DNA from: an uncultured Solirubrobacteraceae bacterium
GTDB taxonomy: Bacteria > Actinomycetota > Thermoleophilia > Solirubrobacterales > Solirubrobacteraceae
Length of the DNA stretch: 64,000 nt
Direction: 5' to 3'
Assembly: GCA_964588985.1 (NCBI GenBank)
Contig: CAZPQW010000004.1
Span: 96,001 to 160,000 of the forward strand
Position numbers and translations under genes: made by a program. Each line of letters starts with the position of its first letter. The stretch's first letter is position 1. This document shows positions 1 through 9,046 of the stretch, in pieces. The notes under the pieces are model-generated. The model was not told the DNA's origin and searched no databases. It saw only the letters and a program-made list of their open reading frames with translations.

Positions 1-302
1 ACTTCGCGATGCCGCGGCCGTATGAACAGATCGTGCCGCCGGCGTTGAAGGGGAACGCGAAGCTGCTGGTGCAGCTGAGCGGCGTGGCGGAGGTGGCGGG
101 CGGCCTGGGCGTGCTGTTGCCGCGCACGCGGCGCCTGTCGGGGCTCGGCCTTGTGGCGCTGTTGGCGGCTGTGTTTCCGTCCAACCTGCACATGGCGCGC
201 GAGCCGGAGAGCTTCGAGCGAATCCCGCGCTGGGCCCTGTATGCGCGGCTGCCGCTGCAGCCTCTGATGATGCTGTGGGCTTGGCGGGCGACACGCAGCT
301 GA
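1..302 (+). CDS. DoxX-like membrane protein (5' truncated by window edge)
   Basis: Hydrophobic ORF with SGVAEVAGGLG, FPSN and RLPLQ motifs; frame open to window start. Confidence 0.75.
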   Translation, partial: FAMPRPYEQIVPPALKGNAKLLVQLSGVAEVAGGLGVLLPRTRRLSGLGLVALLAAVFPSNLHMAREPESFERIPRWALYARLPLQPLMMLWAWRATRS

Positions 303-373
303 CTGCGTTTTCCCGCCGAAACGGTCGCTTCGCTGCTATGTTCGGCTGAGCAGCACGTTACGTCTGGACCGCC

Positions 374-862
374 ATGTCAACCGTGACCGCCGTCAAGATC
401 GCCACCCCAGAGCACGAGGCTCCCTCCGTAGGTGAGCTACGCGCGTGGCGCGGACTGCTCAGAGCCCACGCCTGTCTGGCGAAGCGCTTGGACGCGGAGC
501 TGGAGGCGGCTCACAGGCTGCCGATGAGCTCCTACGAGGTGCTCAGCCACCTCGAGGACCAGCCCGGTGGACGCATGCGCATGTGCGAGCTTGCCGAACA
601 GGCGCAGCTCTCGCGCAGCGGGCTGACGCGCCTGGTCGATCGTCTCGAGCGCGAGGGGCTGCTGGAGCGTTGCTCGTGCAGCCACGACGCGCGTGGCGCA
701 TACGCGTGCCTGACGGAGATCGGGCGCGAACGCGTGGAAGAGGCGCGCGTGACTCACCTGGCGGTCGTGCGCGAGCACTTCCTGTCGCGCTTCTCCGAAA
801 GCGAGCTGAGCGTGTTGGCTGACATGTGGGAGCGGATCGCTCCCTGCGGCGCCTCCCTCTGA
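374..862 (+). CDS. MarR family transcriptional regulator
   Basis: wHTH: LAEQAQLSRSGLTRLVDRLEREGLLER...DARG...LTEIG. Confidence 0.92.
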   Translation: MSTVTAVKIATPEHEAPSVGELRAWRGLLRAHACLAKRLDAELEAAHRLPMSSYEVLSHLEDQPGGRMRMCELAEQAQLSRSGLTRLVDRLEREGLLERCSCSHDARGAYACLTEIGRERVEEARVTHLAVVREHFLSRFSESELSVLADMWERIAPCGASL

Positions 863-870
863 GCTGAGGC

Positions 871-1506
871 TCAGTCAGTCGGCCCGGGCTCCTCGCGGGC
901 GTGCGGGCGGTGGCGCTGGTGGCGGCGGTGCGCGATGAGGCCGCTCGCGACGGCGATGGCGAGCGCGGCGAGCCCGTAGAGGCCAAACGCCTGGATGGCG
1001 TTTCCGGCTGAGTGGCCGAGGAAGTAGGCGATCAGGCCGATGCCGATGGCCCAGACGATTCCCCCGAGCGCGTTCCACACGACGAACGAGCGCCAGTGCA
1101 TGTGCGTGGCGCCCGCGAGCCACGAGGCCCACACGCGCAGGCCGAGGATGAAGCGGCCGAAGAACACGGCCTTGGGGCCGTGGCGTTCGAAGAACGGCTG
1201 CCCGGTGGCGAGCACCTGTAGGCGCTGGTAGTGAAAGCGCCCCGGGCGTTCGAGCAGCCAGCGCCCGCCCTTGCGTCCGATCGCGTAGCCGATGTTGTCG
1301 CCCACGATCGCGGCGGCGGCGGCGATCGCGATGACGACCTCGATTTTGAGCTTGCCCTGGCTGGCGAGCACGGCGGCGGCGATCAGCCCCGTCTCGCCGG
1401 GTATGGGCATGCCGCTGGACTCGCCCATGACGACGACGAACAGCAGCGGGTAGCCGGAAACCTGGATGAGGTGTTCGACATCGAGCAGGGCGGCAAAGAC
1501 GAGCAT
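871..1506 (-). CDS. dedA: DedA family membrane protein
   Basis: ESSGMPIPGE, GDNIGYAIGR, GPKAVFFGRF motifs. Confidence 0.92.
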   Translation of the reverse strand: MLVFAALLDVEHLIQVSGYPLLFVVVMGESSGMPIPGETGLIAAAVLASQGKLKIEVVIAIAAAAAIVGDNIGYAIGRKGGRWLLERPGRFHYQRLQVLATGQPFFERHGPKAVFFGRFILGLRVWASWLAGATHMHWRSFVVWNALGGIVWAIGIGLIAYFLGHSAGNAIQAFGLYGLAALAIAVASGLIAHRRHQRHRPHAREEPGPTD

Positions 1507-1587
1507 TGGCACCCTAGGATGGCGCAGTCCGAGCACGCTGCCCGAACTCGCGGCTCGCGCCCCGATCGCGCGCCCCTCGCGCGTCGG

Positions 1588-2799
1588 CTACTGGGTGTTT
1601 TCGGAGACGAGCTGCTTGAGCGCCGCGGAGGTGCCCTGCACATCTTTGTAGACGACGTTGCGCAGCACCACCCTGGTGGACGACGGAGCTGTGAGGACGA
1701 CGACGGCGACGATCACGAGCACGAGCGCGAGCACGGCGAGCAGCGCGATCGCGAGGCGGTTGCGCCCCTGCTGCTTGGTGGTCGAGCGAGCGCCCGCGGC
1801 AGGGATGGGTGCGGGCTGCGAGCGCGGGGGGCCGGGGCGCGGACGGCGCGCACCAGCGGCGGCGGTGGGGGCTGCGGCGGGGGCGGATGCTCGCCGTTTG
1901 GCGGTGGGGAGCACCGTGGTGGCATGCGTTGGCGGCGCGACGCGCGCGGCGGCGCGCTGCTGGCGCTCAGGCGCGATGCCATTGGCTCCGTTGTGTAGCC
2001 CGCGGCGCATGTCGCGCGCGGTCGGGTAGCGGTCGCGGGGGTCGAGCGCGAGCGCGACCGCTACGGCGTCGGCGAGCTCGGTGCTGACGGCGGCGACGAG
2101 CGTGTCGAGCGTGGGCGGCTCCTCCTGCTGCTGCTTGAGCGCGAGCTCGGTGAGCGAGGTTGCCTCGTAGGGCAGGCGCCCGGAGATCAGCTGGTAGGTG
2201 ACGACGCCGAGCGCATACAGGTCCGCCGGTGGGCCGGCCTCCTCGCCGCGGGCCTGCTCGGGGGCGAGGTAGGCGGCGGTGCCGAGCACGGATCCGACCT
2301 GGGTGATGGAGGACTGCTCGGTGGCCTTGGCGATACCGAAGTCTGCGAGCTTGACCTCGCCTTCGCGTGCGCGCAGCAGGTTCCCGGGCTTGACGTCGCG
2401 GTGCACGACGCCATGTCGGTGGGCGTAGTCGAGCCCCTCGCACGCCTGTTCGATGATCTTCAGCGCGTCGTCGACCTCCATCCAGCCGTCGTCGCGGAGG
2501 ATTTCCGCGCACGAGGAGCCCTCGATGTATTCCATGACGATGAAGTACTGCCCGGTGCGCTCGTCGCGTCCGGAGTCGAACACCTGCACGATGTTGGGGT
2601 GCACGAGCCGCGCGGCGGCCTGCGCCTCGCGCTGGAAGCGCGATACGAACGCGGGATCGTCGGCGAGGTGCTCGGCGAGCAGCTTGACGGCCACCTGGCG
2701 TTCCAGGCGCAGGTCGAGCGCGAGATGGACTGTGGACATGCCGCCGAAGCCGAGGCGGCTCTCGAGGCGGTAGCGCCCGGCGATCTCCACGGGGCTCAT
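1588..2799 (-). CDS. Hanks-type Ser/Thr protein kinase with C-terminal TM helix
   Basis: GFGGMSTV, VAVK, HRDVKPGN, DFG, APE motifs; Pro/Ala linker then hydrophobic helix. Confidence 0.95.
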   Translation of the reverse strand: MSPVEIAGRYRLESRLGFGGMSTVHLALDLRLERQVAVKLLAEHLADDPAFVSRFQREAQAAARLVHPNIVQVFDSGRDERTGQYFIVMEYIEGSSCAEILRDDGWMEVDDALKIIEQACEGLDYAHRHGVVHRDVKPGNLLRAREGEVKLADFGIAKATEQSSITQVGSVLGTAAYLAPEQARGEEAGPPADLYALGVVTYQLISGRLPYEATSLTELALKQQQEEPPTLDTLVAAVSTELADAVAVALALDPRDRYPTARDMRRGLHNGANGIAPERQQRAAARVAPPTHATTVLPTAKRRASAPAAAPTAAAGARRPRPGPPRSQPAPIPAAGARSTTKQQGRNRLAIALLAVLALVLVIVAVVVLTAPSSTRVVLRNVVYKDVQGTSAALKQLVSENTQ

Positions 2800-3380
2800 T
2801 TTCCGGCGCCTTCCTGCCCTTCGCCAGGTCCAGAGCCACCGGCCCGCCCGGTGCCCGGGTTTTCACCGTTGCCCTGTTCGTTGCTCGCGCCTCCACCTGG
2901 GGTTTCGCCGGGCGCCGGCGTGCCGCCGCCGGGGCTGGGGGTGGTTGGCGTGGTGGAGGTCGTGGTCGGCGTGGTGGGAGTGGTGGTTGTGGTGGTTGGG
3001 GTCGTGGGGGTTGTGGCGGTGGTGGTGGGCTTGGGTGTTTCGGTGGTGGCGGTGGTCTGCGGCAGCGGCTGCGCGCACAGCGCGAGCGCCTTGGCGCGCA
3101 GGTTGGCGACGCCCTGGTGGAGGTTGTTGCGCAGGCCGGCGTCGACGGTGGTGGGCAGGGCGGCGAGGTCTTCGCTGGTCTTGAGCAGCGCGGCTTCGGT
3201 GGTGGCGCAATTGCCGTCTCCGTTTTCGGCGGCCTGCTGGACGGTTTCGAAGTCGCTCTGCAGCGGGCCGGCGTCGCTCGCGGGGATCAGGCCCTTGGTC
3301 GAGCTGCCGCACGCGATGAGCGTGGCGGCGGCGAGGCCGAGCAGGGCGGCGAGGAGCGGGCGCGTCGGCGACATGGTCAT
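2796..3380 (-). CDS. Thr/Pro-rich putative lipoprotein
   Basis: Start overlaps upstream stop (ATGA); signal peptide with LIAC lipobox; TTPTTP low-complexity tail. Confidence 0.7.
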   Translation of the reverse strand: MTMSPTRPLLAALLGLAAATLIACGSSTKGLIPASDAGPLQSDFETVQQAAENGDGNCATTEAALLKTSEDLAALPTTVDAGLRNNLHQGVANLRAKALALCAQPLPQTTATTETPKPTTTATTPTTPTTTTTTPTTPTTTSTTPTTPSPGGGTPAPGETPGGGASNEQGNGENPGTGRAGGSGPGEGQEGAGK

Positions 3381-4108
3381 TGACCGTACTCCAGGCGCTC
3401 GGCGAGCGAGTCCGGGAGGCGGGCTGCGCGGATCGCGCTCGCGGCGCCGGCGATGTCGTACTCGGCGCGATGGTAGGTGGCGGACATGAGGTCGAGATCG
3501 AGCAGCAGCCAGGCGGCGCGCGGGTCGCCGTCGCGGGGCTGCCCGACGCTGCCAGGGTTGAGCAGCCATTCGCCGTCGTGCACGTCGAGCCGAGCGCCGT
3601 CCCTGCGCGGCTCGCCGGTGGCGAGCTCGCCCTCGTGGCGGACGAAGGAGAGCGCGACGTGAGAGTGGCCGATGAGGCAGATGCGCTGCTGCTGGGCGTC
3701 GAGGCAGAGCTCGGCGAGCAGCGCGGAGAGGACGTACTCCCAGACGGGGTCGCGGGGGCTGGCGTGGTAGAGGCCGATCGAGGCCTCCTCGCCGCGGGGT
3801 TGCAGCGTGCGCAGGAACTCGAGGTTCTCGGGAGCGATCACCTCGCGAGTCCACTGCGCGGCGACGTTCGCGCCGCGGGAGAACTCGCCGAGGGAGATCT
3901 CGCCGGTGACGGCCATGTCGTGGTTGCCGGCGAGGCACACCGCGACGTGCTCGCGCGCGAGCTCAACGCACGCGTCGGGCTCGGCGCCGTAGCCGACGAG
4001 GTCGCCGAGGCACCACAGCTCGGATGCGTCGCTGGCTGCGACCGCGTCGAGCGTGGCCTCGAAGGCGTGCCGGTTGGCGTGGATGTCGGAGATGACCGCG
4101 ACCTTCAT
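3377..4108 (-). CDS. Metallophosphoesterase (YfcE/calcineurin-like)
   Basis: SDIHAN, GDLVGYG, GNHD, GHSH, NPGSVGQPRDG motifs. Confidence 0.93.
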   Translation of the reverse strand: MKVAVISDIHANRHAFEATLDAVAASDASELWCLGDLVGYGAEPDACVELAREHVAVCLAGNHDMAVTGEISLGEFSRGANVAAQWTREVIAPENLEFLRTLQPRGEEASIGLYHASPRDPVWEYVLSALLAELCLDAQQQRICLIGHSHVALSFVRHEGELATGEPRRDGARLDVHDGEWLLNPGSVGQPRDGDPRAAWLLLDLDLMSATYHRAEYDIAGAASAIRAARLPDSLAERLEYGQ

Positions 4109-4222
4109 GTGTGCAGGGTAGGAACACCGCTCTTCTGCGAGCGTTCCACGGCTCATCCCCCTGCAAGCGAACGGTCAGCCCGAACCGTTCGCTCATGCGC
4201 CGCGTGAGCGCCGCGCGCGGAC

Positions 4223-4540
4223 CTATTCGGAGTCCGCGCCCGCCTCGGTGCCGCCGTACTCGGGCAGGTTCTTGATGCCCTCGCGCGTGAGCCACTTGGA
4301 GTAGTTGTCCTCCATCGCGTCGATCAGCTCGCGCATGAAACGCGGGGAGAGGTTCACGCGGGAGACGACCACGCCCGGAACCTCGTCCGACTCGACCTCG
4401 TGGTCGACGCGCGCGAAGGTGACGGTGAACTCGTAGTCGGAGTGGCTGACGTTGGCGAAGTTCGCGTATACGCCCCCCATGATCTCGGGGGAGAGATGGA
4501 TGTTTATGTGGCGCTCGGCGCCTGAGTCTTGGTCGTTCAC
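4223..4540 (-). CDS. DUF3467 family protein
   Basis: GVYANFANVSHSDYEFTVTF...SRVNLSP pattern. Confidence 0.8.
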   Translation of the reverse strand: MNDQDSGAERHINIHLSPEIMGGVYANFANVSHSDYEFTVTFARVDHEVESDEVPGVVVSRVNLSPRFMRELIDAMEDNYSKWLTREGIKNLPEYGGTEAGADSE

Positions 4541-4573
4541 GTAGCTAGTATCGCAATCGCCGCGCACGGACCC

Positions 4574-6310
4574 ATGACCGACCTTTCCACAGACCATGAG
4601 CAGGCCGCCACGCGGCAGCCGACAAACCGGCTGCTGACGCCGTTGGACGCTCTGCGCGCGGCGGTGCTCGACGCCGCGGCCTCGCTGACGGCCTCCGACG
4701 TTGCCCCAGGCGCCGACGGCGGCGAGGAAGCTTCAGGCAAGGGCACACGCGGCGGGATCACCCTGGAACGTCCACGGCAGGCGAAGTTCGGCGACTACTC
4801 GACCAATGCCGCGCTGCTGCTCGCTCCCGGCCTGGGGGCGCCTCCGCGCGATGTGGCGCAGCGGCTGGGGGAGGCGCTGGGCGAACGTCTGGGCGCGAGC
4901 CTCGAGCGCTTCGAGGTGGCGGGCCCCGGGTTTGTGAATCTGTTCCTGGCGGACTCGTGGCTGACGGGTGCGCTCGCAAGCGCGCTGGAGGCGGGCGAGG
5001 CATACGGCGCGGGCGGCGCGGCGCGGCCGGAGCGCGTGCTGGTGGAATTCGTGTCGGCTAACCCGACGGGGCCGATGCACGTGGGCCATGCGCGCAACGC
5101 GGCGTATGGCGATGCGCTGGCGCGGATGCTGGCGTTCCACGGCCACAGCGTGGAGCGCGAGTTCTACGTCAACGACGCGGGCTCGCAGGTGCGCAAGCTG
5201 GCGGAGTCGATCCAGGCGCTCGCGCGCGGGGAACGCCCGGCGGAGGACGGCTACCAGGGCGAGTACGTGGGCGAGCTGGCGACACAGCTGACCGATGCGG
5301 CGAGCATGGACGTGGACGAGCTGGGTCGCGTGGCGGTGGCTGTGATGGTGGGGGAGCTGAAGCGCTCGCTGGGCGCGTTCGGCGTGGAGGACTTCCACAC
5401 TTGGACGTTCGAGAGCTCGCTGCACGAGGGCGAGCGCAGCGCGATCGCGCACACGCTGTCGCTGCTGGAGGAGCAGGGGCACACATACGAGAGCGACGGC
5501 GCGCTGTGGCTGCGCACGACGGACTTCGGCGACGACAAGGACCGGGTGCTGGTGCGCTCGAGCGGCGAGTACACGTACTTCGCGCCGGACATCGCCTACC
5601 ACCAGGGCAAGCGGGAGCGCGGCTTCGAGCGCCAGATCGACGTGTGGGGCGCGGACCACCACGGCTATGTGATGCGGATGAAGGCGGCGTACGCGGCGCT
5701 GGGCGGGAACCCGGACGAGCTGGAGTTGCTGATCATGCAGCTGGTGCATCTGGTGCGCTCGGGCGAGCGCGCGCAGATGTCCAAGCGCTCGGGCGAGTTC
5801 GTGACGCTCGACGACCTGGTGGCGGAGATCGGCGTGGACGCGGCGCGCTGGTTCCTGCTGGCGCGCTCGCACGACACCACCGTGGATCTGGACCTGGACC
5901 TGGCGCGCCAGCAGTCGAGCGAGAACCCCGTTTACTACGTGCAGTACGCGCACGCGCGGATCGCGTCGATGCTGGCGAAGGCGGGCGCGGAGCGGGTGGC
6001 GGAGGCGGTGGCGGGCGTGATCGACCCCGAGCGCGAGGGGTTGCACCCGACCGAGCGCCACCTGATCGAGCAGCTACTGGCGTTCCCGGCGGAGCTGGCT
6101 GAGGCGGTCGAGCGGCGCGCGCCGCACCGCGTGGCGGCGTACGCGCTGGAGCTGGCGCAGGGCTTCACGGCTTTCTACCGCGACTGCCACGTGGTGGGCG
6201 CGGAGCCGCGCAGCGTGGAGTCGCTGCGGATCGCGCTGTGCGTGGTGAGCGCGAGCACGATCGCGCGCTGCCTGGCGCTGCTCGGGGTGAGCGCGCCGGA
6301 GCACATGTAG
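4574..6310 (+). CDS. argS: Arginine--tRNA ligase
   Basis: EFVSANPTGPMHVGHAR (HIGH), MSKRSG, YYVQYAHARI, terminal LGVSAPEHM. Confidence 0.98.
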   Translation: MTDLSTDHEQAATRQPTNRLLTPLDALRAAVLDAAASLTASDVAPGADGGEEASGKGTRGGITLERPRQAKFGDYSTNAALLLAPGLGAPPRDVAQRLGEALGERLGASLERFEVAGPGFVNLFLADSWLTGALASALEAGEAYGAGGAARPERVLVEFVSANPTGPMHVGHARNAAYGDALARMLAFHGHSVEREFYVNDAGSQVRKLAESIQALARGERPAEDGYQGEYVGELATQLTDAASMDVDELGRVAVAVMVGELKRSLGAFGVEDFHTWTFESSLHEGERSAIAHTLSLLEEQGHTYESDGALWLRTTDFGDDKDRVLVRSSGEYTYFAPDIAYHQGKRERGFERQIDVWGADHHGYVMRMKAAYAALGGNPDELELLIMQLVHLVRSGERAQMSKRSGEFVTLDDLVAEIGVDAARWFLLARSHDTTVDLDLDLARQQSSENPVYYVQYAHARIASMLAKAGAERVAEAVAGVIDPEREGLHPTERHLIEQLLAFPAELAEAVERRAPHRVAAYALELAQGFTAFYRDCHVVGAEPRSVESLRIALCVVSASTIARCLALLGVSAPEHM

Positions 6311-6324
6311 TCAAGTCGGGGCGG

Positions 6325-6807
6325 TCAGTCGAAGCGGGCGATGTCCGACTCGAGCCGCGCGGCGTCGGCGTCGCTGAGCGCGACGACGGGCGTTTTGCGC
6401 GTGACGGCGGCGCGTGCTTGGCGACGCCAGCTGGGCAGCAGCACGAGCAGCGTGGCGATGAGCGCGACCACGACTACTACTGGAACGAGATAAGCGGCGA
6501 GGTCGAAGCCGTGCGCGCGCGGCAGCCCGAGCACCGCGGGGCCGTACTGCTCGACGAGCGAGCTCTTGATCTGGCTTTCGCTCTGGCCCTGGTCGATCAG
6601 TTCCTGGATGTAGGCGCGCTCTTCGTTGGCCTGCGGAGACTCGGCGACGTTGAGCGGGATTTTGCACGTGACGCACATCACCTGGCGCTCGATCACGGGC
6701 AGGGTGGGGCGGGAGGCGGCTGCCGACGCGGTGACGGGCGCCGCGAACGCCCCAACGCCGAGCAGCACGACGAGTACGCGGGCGATGGTGCGGGTGGGGC
6801 GCGTCAT
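6325..6807 (-). CDS. ccmH: Cytochrome c maturation protein CcmH
   Basis: Signal peptide, MCVTC (CxxC), ESPQA, LVEQYGPAVL, C-terminal TM. Confidence 0.85.
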   Translation of the reverse strand: MTRPTRTIARVLVVLLGVGAFAAPVTASAAASRPTLPVIERQVMCVTCKIPLNVAESPQANEERAYIQELIDQGQSESQIKSSLVEQYGPAVLGLPRAHGFDLAAYLVPVVVVVALIATLLVLLPSWRRQARAAVTRKTPVVALSDADAARLESDIARFD

Positions 6808-7358
6808 GTGCTCTTGGCGAGCGCGAGGGCGCGGTTGACGAAGCTCTGTTCGATCTCTCCCCTGGAGATCGCGACGATGCGGCCCTGGCGGTCGACGATA
6901 AAGCTCTCGGGTAGCTGGTCGGTGCCGTAGGCGTGGGCGAAGCTGCCGATGTTGTCGCGCAGGTTGGTGTAGCTGAGGTGGTACCGGTTGACGAACCGCT
7001 GCGAGTCGGGCGACGCGTCGAGGTAGGTGACGCCGAGCACGGTGGCGTTGTGGCGTTCGAGCATCCCCTGGGCGCGCTCGAGCAGCGGCGCCTCGGTCTG
7101 GCACGGCACGCACCACGAGGCCCAGAAGTTGAGCACAACGACCTTGCCCTTCAGCGAGGCGAGCGAGCCGTGGGTGCTGTTGCCGAGCACGGGCAGCATG
7201 CGCGTGGCCTCGGGCGCGGCGGGCCACTGCTTACGGGCGACGAGGTCGTCGAGCGTGCGGCTCGTGGCCTGGTGGGACACGCCGTAGACGAGCAGCGCGA
7301 TCAGGCATGCGCCGGCCAGCGAGGCGAGGATCGGCAGGGCACGGCGAGTCACGGCCAC
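6804..7358 (-). CDS. TlpA/ResA/CcmG-like thiol-disulfide oxidoreductase
   Basis: N-terminal TM, LKGKVVVLNFWASWCVPC, PESFIVD. Confidence 0.9.
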   Translation of the reverse strand: MAVTRRALPILASLAGACLIALLVYGVSHQATSRTLDDLVARKQWPAAPEATRMLPVLGNSTHGSLASLKGKVVVLNFWASWCVPCQTEAPLLERAQGMLERHNATVLGVTYLDASPDSQRFVNRYHLSYTNLRDNIGSFAHAYGTDQLPESFIVDRQGRIVAISRGEIEQSFVNRALALAKST

Positions 7359-7395
7359 GAAGATTAGTCGTCCACGGCGTAAACTCTGGTGCCAC

Positions 7396-7468
7396 GCGGT
7401 GGTAGCTCAGTTGGTAGAGCGCAAGCTTCCCAAGCTTGAGGTCGCGGGTTCGACCCCCGTCCGCCGCT
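7396..7468 (+). tRNA. tRNA-Gly (anticodon CCC)
   Basis: Cloverleaf: acceptor GCGGTGG/CCGCCGC, D arm GCTC-AGTTGGTA-GAGC, anticodon arm CAAGC-TTCCCAA-GCTTG, T loop TTCGACC; CCA not encoded. Confidence 0.97.
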
Positions 7469-7575
7469 TACAGGCCCAGAGCGAGATTTGGCTCTGGAGT
7501 GCGGGATCGCGGCTAGATGTGCTCGGATTGCCTGCGGACATACGCGGACGATAACGGGCAAACCGGACACGGATC

Positions 7576-7597
7576 TGCGGTACCGGTGCGGTACCGG
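7576..7597 (+). repeat. Tandem 11-bp direct repeat TGCGGTACCGG x2 (possible integrase arm site)
   Basis: Exact tandem copy about 110 bp downstream of the tRNA 3' end. Confidence 0.5.
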
Positions 7598-7768
7598 ATC
7601 AGCGCCACGCCGGGCTCGTGCACGGCTCTCGGATGCGCGAAGAGCGTCTGCCCCAGCCCAACCCGTCGAGCGGCTCGTTATGGTCCGTCCCGCACTTCTT
7701 TCATCGTCTGCTCGGCTTTGATTGCCCGTGACTCGTCGGCGAGCAGGAGGCCAAGCTGGGCTCGGTCA

Positions 7769-7800
7769 GCGAGCGCGCATCCGGATCGATGCGCGCTCGC
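7769..7800 (-). terminator. 13-bp perfect hairpin, likely terminator of 7813-8562 gene
   Basis: GCGAGCGCGCATC-N6-GATGCGCGCTCGC just past the stop codon. Confidence 0.65.
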
Positions 7801-7812
7801 CAATGATATTGC

Positions 7813-8562
7813 TCAAACGACCGCGTTGACCTCTATGGCTTCTTCGTTGGTAACGCTCTCGGAGCCGGTGATCCCGGCTTGTTCGGGTGCTCCTCCGTTG
7901 ATGATGATTTCGATGATGTCGGGGAGGCCGCCTTCGAAGCGTTCTGGTTTCTGGACGCCGACGTTCGCGCTCCATTTGATCGTGGATGCTGTCTGCATCG
8001 TGTCCGCCGTGACTCTCGCCATGATCGAGCCGGACGCTTCCACGTGGATAGACCCGCCGCAGTTGAGCGTGGCGAACAGTCCAGTGTGGCCTTCTGGGAA
8101 GATGTCTATCGCGACGGCTTTGGTTTCTTTCTTTTCCCAGCCTATTTCTGCTTCCAGGGTGTTGCTGACGAGTTCGCCTTCTTTGGCGCCGACTGTATTG
8201 CAGTGAAGGCCTGCGCTTTCACAGCCGGTGAAGGTGACGGTTAGGTCGGCCTCGCGTTTTGGTGATGTAATGATGCCGCCGCCGCGGGCGGTTTTGCATG
8301 TCACTCCAGTTCCGTTGACGGTGGAAATCGTGATGACGCCTCCAACGCCTGTGAAGCCGCCTTTTTCGACTCCTGGGTGCCATTCGTAGGCACCGCCTTC
8401 TTTTTCTGTGACGCAGCTGCCTGAAGTAAAGTGCCCTTTGCCGCTGCCGACTTTCACGCATCGTCCGAATTCGGGCGCTGCGGCGGATGCCTGGATGGCC
8501 GTCGCGGCACCCATGACACTTATTCCAACTACACAAAACATCATAATCCTTACAACCCTCAT
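7813..8562 (-). CDS. Secreted Cys-containing beta-rich hypothetical protein (APEFGRC motif)
   Basis: AGGAGG RBS, signal peptide ending ASA-AA, paired Cys; low GC codon usage. Confidence 0.75.
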   Translation of the reverse strand: MRVVRIMMFCVVGISVMGAATAIQASAAAPEFGRCVKVGSGKGHFTSGSCVTEKEGGAYEWHPGVEKGGFTGVGGVITISTVNGTGVTCKTARGGGIITSPKREADLTVTFTGCESAGLHCNTVGAKEGELVSNTLEAEIGWEKKETKAVAIDIFPEGHTGLFATLNCGGSIHVEASGSIMARVTADTMQTASTIKWSANVGVQKPERFEGGLPDIIEIIINGGAPEQAGITGSESVTNEEAIEVNAVV

Positions 8563-8588
8563 GCTCGCCTCCTGAAATCGCACGATAA

Positions 8589-8813
8589 ACGCAAATTTGC
8601 AGTGGCTACTGTAACGGCCGCTCGAGAATCGTTGCCGACCACGGTGACTATTCAAAGCCGCTGGAGGTGAGCTGGCTCTGTCAGGAATGCCATTTCGATG
8701 CGCATCTAGAGCATGGAGAGGTCGTCACGGTTCGGCGGCCTGACGGGAGGCTCGTCTTGAGGGTCGAGCCGGGGGCGTACAGGCGACGAGAGAGGGGCGG
8801 GTGGAAGCCGTAG
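8589..8813 (+). pseudogene. Phage-type HNH endonuclease fragment
   Basis: Manual translation: ICSGYCNGRSRIVADHGDYSKPLEVSWLCQECHFDAHL...; in-frame stop at 8586 and no start codon upstream of the motif. Confidence 0.7.
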
Positions 8814-8984
8814 CATGAGGTGCTCGTAATCGGTTGCCTGTGGCCTCGATACCCATCGTGTGTTTCTACCGAAACTGGCCTCTCAAAGCACCTGCGCTCC
8901 CGCTGCGTGCGGTCAGTCGGAAGAAGAGGGTCCCCGGTTCTGGAGGCCTTCGCACAGGAAGCCCCCCGCAGCACCTTGCTGTGC

Positions 8985-9007
8985 TTGTCGAGCCTTTGTC
9001 TAAGGTT
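8985..9007. promoter_or_regulatory. Candidate CarH operator: TnGACA repeats at 11-bp spacing
   Basis: TTGTCGA at 8985 and TTGTCTA at 8996 just upstream of the carH-like gene. Confidence 0.45.
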
Positions 9008-9046
9008 TAGGCTTGTGGAATCATGCCGGGTGTTCGATCAGCGTGG

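Noticed and set aside
2930-3060. GTG-rich tract as a contingency microsatellite
   Set aside because: Imperfect codon repeats encoding the Thr/Pro linker of the lipoprotein
7440-7468. Second copy of the tRNA 3' end (attR) within the window
   Set aside because: None found by eye; GGGTTCGAC near 38710 (minus strand) does not extend
8820-9040. Cobalamin riboswitch upstream of the CarH-like gene
   Set aside because: Conserved GGGAA/GCCACTG B12-box elements not seen
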